A stretch of DNA of 64,000 nt from NCBI RefSeq assembly GCF_002113885.1, contig NW_018480020.1, forward strand, positions 222,163 to 286,162, in the 5' to 3' direction. The notes beneath the pieces are model-generated. The model worked only from the letters and a program-made list of their open reading frames with translations, was not told the DNA's origin and searched no databases. The first letter of the stretch is position 1. Each line of letters begins with the position of its first letter. Both the position numbers and the translations under genes were made by a program. This document shows positions 26,901-38,300 of this stretch, in pieces. This DNA comes from Mizuhopecten yessoensis (Eukaryota).

Positions 26901-26986
26901 GTTACAAATGTGTATTAAAGTAAACACAGCCCTATTACATGTTTGTGTTCGTAAAATCCTTCTTATTATTCTTTACAGCTACTTAG
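14938..26986 (+). CDS. SGO: Shugoshin (SGO2-like architecture), ~1533 aa, 9 coding exons
   Basis: Phase-consistent GT-AG exons: 14938-15070, 15479-15693, 16695-16891, 18567-18751, 19318-22865, 23878-24032, 24706-24777, 25513-25601, 26979-26986 (4602 nt incl. stop). N-terminal coiled coil SLRANNKALAFNLERSRE (shugoshin NNxxLA motif). C-terminal SGO box KRQRRGTAQVSYKEMSLTS|KLRRED. Last 8-nt coding exon is the least certain. Confidence 0.88.
15479..15693 (+). CDS. SGO: Shugoshin exon encoding the N-terminal (PP2A-binding type) coiled coil
   Basis: STSIQKQSLRANNKALAFNLERSREALRFANDSNLELQRSNQELHMKLTTLE; ctttAG acceptor, AAG|gtactt donor. Confidence 0.88.
15896..16092. mobile_element. Palindromic MITE (TIR TTCCGTCTTTGCGTATTGCAGAGTTATCTTCTCTTGTGAGCAGGTATTGATT), likely TA TSD (Tc1/mariner-type); copies 29875-30037 and 52142-52325
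   Basis: ~50-bp inverted termini in three copies; TA flanks at the 15896 copy. Confidence 0.75.
18125..18390. mobile_element. Probable hAT-like MITE (CAGGGCTAGA...TCTAGCCTTG) with an internal ~36-bp direct duplication
   Basis: Short inverted ends; GGCTAGACAATAAGGGTATCCCGTTAGTCTGGGACA repeated twice; no TSD recognised. Confidence 0.4.
19318..22865 (+). CDS. SGO: Shugoshin giant internal exon (3548 nt), low-complexity S/K/R/E-rich
   Basis: Open frame within ORF 19197-23114; acceptor tttttAG 19316-19317; donor GAG|gtatgt at 22866. Confidence 0.9.
22924..23140 (+). mobile_element. tRNA-derived SINE with V-domain-like core
   Basis: GGGCCACAGTGGCCAAGTG head; GGTTTTTCTCTTGGAACTACGGCTTTCCTCC resembles the V-SINE core; GGACGTAAAACACAAACAAACC tail. 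Confidence 0.6.
24706..25601 (+). CDS. SGO: Shugoshin SGO-box exons (24706-24777 and 25513-25601)
   Basis: Spliced translation NEPENKRQRRGTAQVSYKEMSLTSKLRREDIEGPK fits the SGO motif RR...VSYKEPSL.SKLRR.D. Confidence 0.9.
24994..25310 (+). mobile_element. Helentron/DINE-like non-autonomous element remnant
   Basis: TTTTGTCTCG...CGAGAC 5' hairpin, internal repeated TCAACATTAAGTTTTT, and a 3' GGCGAGAC sub-terminal inverted repeat. Confidence 0.4.
25623..26009. mobile_element. hAT-type MITE with 8-bp TSD
   Basis: TIR TAGTGGTGTCACAATAT / ATATTGTGACAGCCCTA; flanks TTCAGTAA (25615-25622) and TTCAGTAT (26010-26017). Confidence 0.7.
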
Positions 26987-28792
26987 ACGACCCGGAGGAG
27001 CTCTCAAAAACCAATCTCATGATCAAACTTGTGTTTGGAAAAGACCGATATGTAATTATTCACCTTAATTGCATTTGACGACTGAAACAATGATTTCTGT
27101 ACAAGCGTGTAAGATACATAACAGATTTAAGACAGAATGAGAAACACGTTTTGTTGATATCTGCGGTCATTTGCTCAAACCGCTATCAGCTTTATGAGAC
27201 AAACATGAAAATTCCGAAACTCAAATGTTTTTATATTTTTTGAAAATTTTAATGAAAACTGTGTGTGTCAGGATTCTAAGTGATAACCTTAGGACAGAGA
27301 TCATGAAAACATTGTATATTTTCTGATTGTTTGGCAATAATATGTTTTAATATAAAATGAAAATTAAACTTAATAACTGCACTTGAATTACTGGACCCTG
27401 TCATGTCATATCATGTTTTTGAAATTGAATTTGTTTATTCATAGGATTCATTAAAAACATCATATATTAGATAATTATCCGACGAGTGTGATATACTAAG
27501 AAGGAATATTGAGAAGCGAAGGCTAAGTAAATGTTCCCTTGTTCACACTTTCATTAATGTCGAGAAAATCCAAAATCAATTATTGTGATTCCAAATAAGT
27601 ACCAAAGTAAAACCAAAACGTAAATTTAAAGTACATTTCCAAACTTTATTATTCATTCAATTCATTGATTACATATGCATGCAGTAATATGATGTGACAT
27701 TGCAACATCATTTTGGGGATATCAAAAATAGTTCATGTGTAAATTATCCCACAGCCAGCTCACTTTAGGGTGTAATATATTAATGTTGGTTTACAGTTAT
27801 GTAAATTGACAGGGATTCAATGTACTTAATAAAACAATGTAACTGTATAAAACACAATACAAAGCTTAAAAGTAAAAGGATTGTTTGTGAAAGATTGCTA
27901 TAATGTACAAATAGATACATTTCAATGTTTTATATAAGATGTTTATTAATCTCTGAAAGTTATGTGAATCCGAGGAAGTAGGACTGTAGAAATGTCTAGT
28001 CACATTAACAGTAGGGCATTATCCTGTGTGCTGGTGGGAGTACACATAGTTTGTTGATACTAGGACAACGTCTTTGTGAAATCTGTTAACACAACTTTTC
28101 AATATTTTACTTTTTTATTGAGTTGAACCATGTGAGAAGTATGTACAATATTCATGTGTTAATTTTAATATGTGTTCGCTTTTGTGCCTGGAAATATATA
28201 GTTGTGAAACAGACAATTATCTATGTATTTTTTTTTTTAAATGTCTTGTCTATTTTATGCTTTTAGTTCTGGCAGCTATGAATAGATGTACATTGTAAAT
28301 GTTCTTTTCATAAGATTTTATTTGCATGAATGAAAATGTCTGATTAAAAAATCCACGACTGTACATATTTTGTACAGTGTACAGATGAATGTGTGTACAA
28401 TGTATTATGTATATGTATAGTGTGTAACCATTATTTATTCTTCTCAAACATTTATATATATTATAACTTGTATATGTATACTAGTAGTGGGCTGATGATC
28501 AATTATAACAAAACTTGACAGGTTTTCACTTTTCAGATCCGATTATTGATAATAATTTCAATAATCGGTATAATTTGTTCAATACTGAATTCAAATGTAT
28601 GCAGTGTACAATATGCATTGAAAGTCTTTTATAACTTTTTTTTTTTTTTGGTTGACGGTAATGTTGAAAAATATCAAAACTGTAAATGTTGGTTGTAATC
28701 TATTCATGATAAAAGAAGGAATCTTAATGTACCCATTATAGCACACAACTTTGTCAATATTGATGTAACAATAGTGTTGCCATCTTATTTGG

Positions 28793-28919
28793 TAACCTGA
28801 GTTTCCTCTGGCCCTGACACCAGACTTAAGACATTTTGACCGATAGATCCCGAGTTTCCTCTTGCCCTGACACCAGACATCTATCTGTCTGCTATCAGAG
28901 CCAGAAGAAACTCGGGCTT
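28793..28919. mobile_element. 127-bp MITE with perfect 9-bp TSD; related fragment ~63557-63630
   Basis: CTTATTTGG|TAACCTGAGTTTCCTCTGG...CCAGAAGAAACTCGGGCTT|CTTATTTGG. Confidence 0.75.
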
Positions 28920-31079
28920 CTTATTTGGGTATACAGTCACATGAAGTGGTAAACTGATTATGCAAGCAATCATCAATGGGCTTACTACTTCTAATTACAA
29001 ACTGATTATTGATTATGATTTTGAACTGATTGCTGATTATCAATGTAAACACTCATGTATACAGCTGGTGGTACCAGCAGAAACTGTAGCTGACTAAATT
29101 AGTCTATTTGTTTTCATATAGTTTATCAGTTTTTAAGATGATATGGAAGCAGTTATCTATTTCTGACTGTATGCTTGCATAAGAACAGACATTTTCCTGG
29201 TTCCTCATTATTGTCGACATTTTATGCTCAATTTAAGTACTCGCAGATTGATATTTTTCCAATGCACATTTCATCAGATGTGTTTCATGTTTTCTGGGAC
29301 AACTAAAGAGGGTGTAATTAAGGGGGAGAGTCCCCCCCTTTTCTGCATTAAGTTGCTTGTCCTTTTCCTTTCCCTAAAAAAAATCTCCATTTCAAGGACC
29401 AAATTCAAAACTTATTGATTATCAAGCTGAGAGCTCATCCATCACACTATCTCCCCGGTCACTAATTCCTCAAAAATTGTATATCCTAATTGTCTTAATT
29501 GTATATCTATGTACTGTAAAGCGCTTTAGAGTGGCTTATGTTAGCTAGATAGGGCGCTATATCAAATGTTGTATATTATTGTTATTATGGATCTGTTATG
29601 TTAATACATTTAAACAATAATGCTTGGAATCATTACAAATGATCTTACTCCCTAAAAAGGACCATAACCTATAATTGCTAATTTAGTCCAAAACAAAAAT
29701 TATGTGTGTTTCACTTTACATGTCTGAATAAAATAAGCTAGCTATATATTCATACTGGGAAAAGCAATTTCTAATAATCATTTTTTGATAGTGGTACAAT
29801 GATCCTCAAGAATATTGAAAAGTACACTCCAATTGTCCCAGTCCACACATTCAGTTTCACAACCTACTCGACAATTCCGTCTTTGCGTATTGCAGAGTTA
29901 TCTTCTCTTGTGAGCAGGTATTGATTGTTGCATCATTGGTTTGTGTGATAAAATTACGTTGTTTTCTCAAAAATTGATGATGTAATCAATACCTGCTCAC
30001 AAGAGAAGATAACTCTGCAATACGCAAAGACGGAATAGTAGTACCATTGTCATCAAATGACAATGTGCAAATATGAAACAAGATCTATCAGCTTAAATTT
30101 ACCTTTTCAGGTCTGATCCAGAAATCTTAGTGACCTTCAGAGTGCCACCCGACCACTTAACCATCTTTTGTGGATTCAATTCTTTGAAAAAAAGTGTCTG
30201 GACATAGTCATAAATTTAGCTGTATTGTTAGGAGGTAGACCAAGTCAGAATATTTTCAATATTGGTTTTAATGCAGCACAAACATTGTCTATAATTTGTT
30301 ATTTTTTGATGGCTTAAAATGGAAAAAATGTACTTTTACATGAGCCCGGTAATACTGTATGTCATACATTTTGCTGGGTGTTGTTTTAACTGGGTGAAAT
30401 TTTGTGCTATTTTTATATCCATTACATGAGTGACAAATGCGCATAGGTTACGCAAACCTGTATGGTGGAATTATGTCTGTATGTAAAAGTATGTTGATTT
30501 ACCTGTGTACAAGAAGTGGGCCAAGGATCGAAAACACTGACAAAGTCATTGTAAGAAATGCTTCTATTTTAGAAAATGTATAGCATCATATTAAACTGGT
30601 CATCATTTAAAACTATCATCAGTAAATACTTTTTATCTCCCTTTATGTTAAAGCTATTCTCCTCATCCTCTGTTTTTATTGCTCTCTTTTTGCCAAACAC
30701 AAAAAAGTACCACACATTGATAATGACATATCTCTCTTGAGGTTTCCATACTATCTCTGTCTTTGAACTAAAAGTTTCTCTCTCTCTAGCTCTTTCTCTT
30801 TCTCTCTTTTTGGTGCTGCACTAATCTATCTTGTACTGTTCTTTCACATTGCTTATTGTTTTAATTTCAATTGTAAAATTATAGTGAATATTCGAAATAA
30901 TTAATACTGTTTAGTTAGTGGATGGATGACTATTATTTGAAGTTGTGTACATTTATCCACAATTTAACCTTCCGTTTCCATTGCTCTTTTTTTTAACCCT
31001 TTTACCACTGTAGACCGTAATGGACTCCTCCAGATCATTGCATGGTAGAGTCAACTAAAGTTAGGGGGAAAAGGGTTAA

Positions 31080-31162
31080 CTCATTCACCCCTGAAGACAC
31101 ATTTGAACTCTTCCAATTCAAAGGTTGGAAAAGTCCATTATGAAATTTCAGGGGTGAATGAG
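31080..31162. mobile_element. Second TTAA-type MITE subfamily abutting the 30997-31075 copy
   Basis: Perfect 16-bp TIR CTCATTCACCCCTGAA / TTCAGGGGTGAATGAG; shares TTAA 31076-31079 with the neighbour. Confidence 0.75.
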
Positions 31163-31383
31163 TGAAATACAATCGGTTTCCAAGACTCCTAATATGTAAC
31201 AAGCCTTGTATTGGTTATTGTTAGAGTCCCTGTTAACAGATGTCTTGCTTTGCCATGTGTCAATCACATTAAAACATGAAGTAACATTTGAGAAGCAGGA
31301 GTTCTTATACGTGCTCCTTAATAAATAACATGATGCCTGACTCCAGATTTTGTATTTATTTCTTATTGTATCGATATAGGTAC

Positions 31384-31720
31384 AGCCTCGATACTACAAA
31401 GGTTTCATGCAGCTGCGCTCACTGTAACCCTGGAATATGTTATATGTAGCAAAATTGAAAGCACACTGCTAGCTATTTGATTGGCCTTCAGTAAAAATAA
31501 AAAAAATCTGACCATTCGCTAAGCTTATAAATGCCATTTGAAGATTATAGAGGAGCAACATCCCACTTCAAAGTCTGTTCATTTTACCGTTTACACCAAA
31601 GGATCAGGTTAGTGTTATTGACTCATCCTCAAGGTGGCGCACACTGAGCCTTCGGTTTTGTCGTGTATGCATCCATGGGTGCAGAGAGCGAACGTGAGCA
31701 TAACCCCTGGAGTATCTCTT
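31384..31720. mobile_element. Degenerate copy of CATCCTCGA MITE family; others at 32660-32852, 35988-36320, 44668-44912, 47240-47334
   Basis: Shared motifs CCCTGGAATATG...AAAATTGAAGGC, AAGGTGGCGCACAC, AGTGAGCGTAACCCCTGG. Confidence 0.7.
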
Positions 31721-32935
31721 AACTGCAAAATTAATTCATGATAACAAGCAAATACACAATGTTATATTGCGCATCTTGGTCAGTGTTAACATGAGACACC
31801 TTTTAGCTCTCCCGCTCGGAGGCATAACGGTTGCAACTCCTTCATCTTTTCGGTCTAGCATCACCGGTGAGTCCTAGAAAGGACAGAACAGGTGCGTGCT
31901 ACAGTGCAATTCATTTTTTGCAGCCTGTATATATATATCGGCAACTTGTATAGGTGCAATCACGTGTCTTTATCTTCCATTTTTCTGGATGTGGTTCAGG
32001 CCCGATGATATTTCCGATGTAGCACTTCCCCTCAAGAGTGAAACAGCGAACGGATCTGTACCATAGAAGTAAGAATCAGAAGGTGAACAATCCTCAATTA
32101 CGTCGCTTGGGCATTGGTTTTGATTACATGATGTTACAACACGGGGAGAAAACATCGGAAACATTGACGGGACTTCAACAACTGGTTGTACACCCTCAAA
32201 ATGCAGTGCTGGGTGCCTTCGGCATGGTATTTCAGTGATGAAACACTATAAAGTCGACATCAGACCCGCGCGGCTATCACAAGGAGGTAAAAACACCAAC
32301 ATTCTCCGTCTCTGGCACACACATAGAGGCACGTCCTTAAATGACGTTAAACCATTAAAACCAACCGACTACCTTCACTTTATTCCTAAATTAGTTGAAT
32401 TTCTTTGTAGTGAGCCTCGGTGACATCGGTCTATACCGATCTAGCATGAGTTCGCCAAAGAGCAGTATATTTTCTTTGATCTTGATGGTGGGTAGTATTG
32501 TCTTTCATGATTCTCTTTTTTTGTCGGCGAAGTGAATAATTTACTTTATGTTATTCGTTTCGTGGCGTAATGCAAAGACTGGGTCCAGGCGAAAATAAAC
32601 GTATGTCGTATCCTTGCCTCTTGTTTCACACACGTTCATAAACTTTTAAAGAATTCATTTCCTAATCTGTTGGTCTCGTAACGATATAATTGTGTGGCTA
32701 ATAAGTCGAGTGTCGCTCCTCTGTAAACTCCAAAGGACAGTTATCAGCTTTTATTTTACCCGAGACCAGTCAAATAGCTAGCCGTGTTCCTTCAATAATA
32801 CTACGACATATTCCAGGGGTGCAGTAAGCGCAACCCCTTGAGTATCGAGGATGGATTCGATGACCTTCACTGCCATTTGTTTAGTTTATCCCCCTCCGCA
32901 TTAAAACCATTTTGGTCTCTGTGGAGTATAACATA

Positions 32936-32960
32936 TAGATAGATAGATAGATAGATAGAT
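32936..32960. repeat. (GATA)n microsatellite
   Basis: ~6 AGAT units. Confidence 0.9.
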
Positions 32961-35315
32961 CTCATATGTCCTTTCTATGGATACTTTATGTGGTCAGCTT
33001 TAAAAAAGTTCATCTAACAGCCATTTCAAATGATTACTAAATGAAACGCTTTAATTGTCCCTGTACTGAAATGTGAAGGCCATGCTACTCACATTTTGTT
33101 TTCAGCCTCGTGACGAAACATGCAGTGTTGGTTGGTTAGCGAAAATATGGCTGCTCTTACAGCCAATCACACCACGGGTCTCGGCACGTGGCTAAGGTCA
33201 ACCTCATTAATATAAAATAAATGTGGCACGATAACTGCGAAAAATTTTGAAACTCGAAAATGGCGTGTGATTTTGGAGGAAACGGAGATCATATCCACGG
33301 AAGGAGAAGACATTTTACGTGCATAATGGATATTTTAACAAGAAATGTTTTTAATGCAGGAAAAATAGGTGGGGTCGACTTTTCGACAACGAGAGCTTTC
33401 CGCCCTTCTCGTACGTATATATACTCATTGGGGTGTCATTTTTACGGAAAGTCGATCTAAACCCCTAAAACATGTAAAATTACTCTGAACACCCTAATTT
33501 AGGTTCAAATATAGCAGTAATTAATTTTCAGGGGCCTGTGATCATGTCCAATAAGTTCCCGTTACATTAAGCAGCACAGGCTCTCGTGATTTATGACGGC
33601 GACGTCGATGTGGAATTTTTGACTGTACCGTAAACGCTCTAAATGTAGCAAGTGAAATTCTTTTCACCTTCAGGTAAATAAACGATTTTTTGCATTATGT
33701 ACTATTTCACTTCAGAAAAAGAATTTTACTTAAGGTAAAAAAAATCACTTGAGTGAAAAAGTACTTACCTTAAGTTGAAATATTAATTATTAAACGTTAA
33801 AACGGCTTGCCATAGGGGATGTTTCTTTTTCATCCGAGTATATCGTAATACTTAACTAGCTAGTAGACTCTGTATATAGGGGTGTGCTGTCTGATGCATC
33901 TGAGGTTCATACCTTAATTTCTAAAACAAATTTCCAAGAAGCATTAAAAACTATATAGATCCGCCTTATAAACAAGACACTGCGTGATTCGGCATATCTA
34001 GGCTATATCTATTTTATCACCACGCCGCCGCGGTTCGGCCCGCTTGGCTGGACACATGTAAACAGTTAATAGATAGCTATAGCGAAGTTATAATTACTAC
34101 GCGTTACTACACGTACAGCCTATAGAGACCATAAATAAACAGTGGAGAGAGTTCATGACGTATTGACCGTAAGGACATTTAACTCGACTTGATGGAGGTC
34201 AGGTGAACGAGAGTGATACACACACTGTAAGGTAAGTAATCATAGTATGATAAGTACTATTAATCAATGCAGAGTACATGTAGCTACCGTTATATTCATA
34301 ACATATATACACACGATTTCACATACGGATACATTGACGTAGGTCTAGTCGACACATATGTGCATGCTCGGTATTTATGCTGGCGTAGGCCTACTGCGTT
34401 GTAATCAATGACGAAAGGTCCTCTTCAAACACGATTTATTATTGTAAATAGTATTCACATTTATACAAAATGGTTTAATCCCTGCATACTTGAACAAAAT
34501 ATGTAAATAGAGGCGCATAGTAGAAAGAAAACAACACTTTGATCAATCGTGGTCGCTACTTGTTTACGTTAGAGTCATTGACAACCAAGGGCGATAACTG
34601 ATACTACTATGTCGTAAGGTAGCAAACCAATATAGATATATTATCATTAAGTACCTCGACACTACGCGGTGAGTTAATTATAGGTTATATTGATCTTAAA
34701 TATGTAAGTATAAAACCACTAATAAGGGCGTAAATTCTGGAAACATAAATATTTGTCAATATCTTTAATGCTGAATGTATAGAGTATCCGTCTCGTCCTA
34801 GGTTTCCGCGCGTTATGTATTTCCGCGCACACCATTTTATCAAGCTGTATATCGTGACTGAGTGACTTGTTTGACACTACACGAGGATAATCTAGACATT
34901 TGGCCATCATCTGCAAACTGACAAACGAAAAGTCCGGTACTTTGTTCGGAAAACGCAAGAATGTATAACTCATTGCGAAGCACGTAATGCAAGTACGCAT
35001 GCACTTTATATCTGACGCAAAATGAACCTATAATACCTGACAAAAAAGAACCAGTCCTGATCCACCTTTTTTTCTGTCGTCTGTCAAACGTTCGATATCA
35101 AATGCAAATGAGACCACATAAATGTATGTATTCACGATAGCCTGATTACATTTGTCAAAGGTGTTTTCAGACAGACACAAGACATTAAAAGTCGATCAAA
35201 ATCTAAAAGACACATTATGTATATAACTTCAGTCAACATTTTAATTATATTTTGTACGTCAATTTCAGATGGTAACCTGGACTTAGATTGGAACAATCGA
35301 CACGTACCGTTAACT

Positions 35316-38300
35316 ATGGCATCCAGCAGCAACCTCGACGAGTATATGGCCAAGAAAAAAAATATGAAAAGAACGCTTTCAAATATTACGCAATTGGAGA
35401 ATAAAGTTTTCACGCAGCCTCCGAGATACGAGAATGACACTGAGTTTTTTAAATCAGTCATTCTTAAAACTCAGGAAAGACTATTGTCTATAATAAAGGA
35501 CCCAAACTTCGGACCGGATAAAAACCGCGTATTTTGTTCTGTCGCTAGAAAATTCCTTGGCGATCTGAACAATCTTATATATTATACAGCAACAACAAGG
35601 AAGGATAAGTTTGAGACAGGTAAAATCATTGGAGACGAATTGGTAGAAAATTCGACGATAACATTTTTTTGCAAGACGATACTGAAATCCGAAAAAGATC
35701 TCCCCGCACTGTCCGAGGCGGCGAAAGTGTGTGTGGACATTCTGAATGACATCGCTAACTATTCCGCCGCTGTGTGTCGGACGTGTATGGATTATAAAGG
35801 CATGTTGCGCTTCATCAGAGAGGCTTTAGAAATGTGGCGGAAACCTCTGCATAGCGGCCAATTATCGGTATGTTAAGTTCAGGTTTATCGCAGGCACTTA
35901 ACTTTATGCAATAAAATAAATTAGATAAATAACGGGAAATCTAATTTAGTATTAGACCCGTCCGGAGCCTGAATGACCTCTATACACCATCCTCGACACT
36001 CCAGGGGTTACACTCGCTTTTGCTCCATGCACCCCTCGAATATGTCATAGTAAAATTGAAGGAACGCGGTTAGCTATTTGATTGATTTTATGTTGAAAAA
36101 ACGACCAATGGCTAGGCTGATACCGCTCATTTGAAGATTATGGAGGAGCGACACACAACTTCAAAACCAGTCAATTTTACCGTTAAGCGACCGCGAGATT
36201 ATTATGGTGTACATCAAATGATTAATATAGTCCTACCTTTTCGTCTCATCCCATGGTGTCACACTCGGAGCCTTAGAATTTGTCATGACATATTTCAGGG
36301 GTACAGAGAGCATAAGTGCAAATAAACTTTACATTAAAATTACTTAATACATTTGTCAATTAAGTTAATCTTTCTATAAAAACGCCTGTATACAAAGACC
36401 TTTTTTCAGGACAGGAACAAATCACTCCATAATAAACTCTATGTACGTGTTATGGCTAATTATTTTAATATTGTTCTGAAATATTAACATTTATGATTGC
36501 ATAATTTACGAGGAAAAAAACTTACTATATGTCTACAATAATATTCCCATATCCTATCCCATATCAACCCTAGAAACATATAAACCCTCGACAAATATCA
36601 ACCCTTGGGGCTCTGGGCCCTCGGGCTGACATAGATGTATCGGGTGTTACGGGGTAGGATATACAAGGATAAAATCACATGGTAACCTCTAATCAACCCA
36701 TATCGTAGACGGGTTAATGCTAAACGTTTTTTTGTCAATTGATACTTTCCGATAAATGTGTTGTTTTTATACTGTCGGCAGCCGGAACACGCCAACCACA
36801 TGTACACGTTCGTTGGATTAGTACATAATTCGTGTATGTGTTGTACAACCGTGACTGCTACTGTCCGCTCCTCCGGGATCATCAAAGTGCTTAAGGTAAG
36901 TGTACCGATATTATTTGGTTTGGTTTTATTTGGATAGAGACCTTGTTATAATTAACAGCTACATGTGAGGTAATTAAAGACGCGCCTCCATTGTATGTAT
37001 TGTATGTGTGTAATATGTGCTGGAGACGGTATGTTGGGGTATTTGCCTCCAAGCAACCATCCAACTACTGACTATGTTCGACGTTTTTGGAGTCGTGGTG
37101 TCGTCCATGCAAGGGTTGTAATGCATCACCGGAAAAGCTAACTTACCAGTAAGGTAGTATTTCCTCTCAAATTCTTGAGCTGACTTACCAATGCTTCCCT
37201 AATGAAATAACATGCCAAAGGAAGCCAGATATTTATTCCATCAGTCATATTATACTGACAACTGGTTAACCAGTTGTTGCCGGTACCCTAAACACTGAAC
37301 GTTAAGCAGGGAATGACAACTACCATTTTTAAGGACTTTGGCATGTACTGGCATGGCGATAGAGCTCATTCCCTTCCTCACATTGACGAACGTTCAACAT
37401 CAAAGTCAAAAGTGAGGTATTGCCAAGGAAGGCGCTAATGAACGAAAAGTAGTTAGAAGTAGAGAGAAACACACATATCTCAAATATTGCAAAGGGTCCA
37501 GCAGATTTATTTTGGTCGCTTTGTGTCCTAAGTAGAGGTCACAAACACAAATCCCCAACTCTGCAGGGAGTTCCTACATCAGTCGCTTCTTACGATTTAT
37601 GCCGTGAGAAACAGCAGGTATATTTATTTCTAGTTCCCCACCTGCAGGGGTGTTTCATGTGTGTAAACAAATCAAACATTTTAAAGTTGACACCAAAGAG
37701 GACACACGACCATGGAGGCCAGTTGATGTAACATCAAAGAAGGACATTGCTGCTTTGAAAACAATAATCAAGGACGATGGTCGATATACTATTTCTGAGA
37801 TAGCTTATATGATTGGTATTTCAGATGGCAGTACACATCACATTCTGACCAAGTTCTTGAAATTATATAAGAAAATAGATCTCCCAATTTTTGACATCTG
37901 TACAAAAGGCAAAACGTTCAATGAAATATGCTTAACTATATTGAAAAAAGTACGGTAATTGCGGCTCAAGAAAATAATATAAGTTACTTACAGGGAATGA
38001 TACTCGGGTCTATTATTTTGAACCCAGAAGCGCATTAATAACTAGCATTTGTCGAGAAATCAAGAAAAGCCAGTGACTGCAAAACTTATAACAAGCGCCA
38101 ATAAAGTTCTTGATGCCATTTATTCAATTCTAGCAGACGTGTGGTTCAGATACCTTACAAAGAAGTGAAACTATCACTGCCAATTTTAACAGAGACAAAG
38201 TACTGAAGTTTGTTAAAAAATCTACGTGAAATAACGTCCAAGTAAAGGGTTGAATGTCATCCGCTAATTCACGACAACGCTTCATCCCACAAAAGCAATA

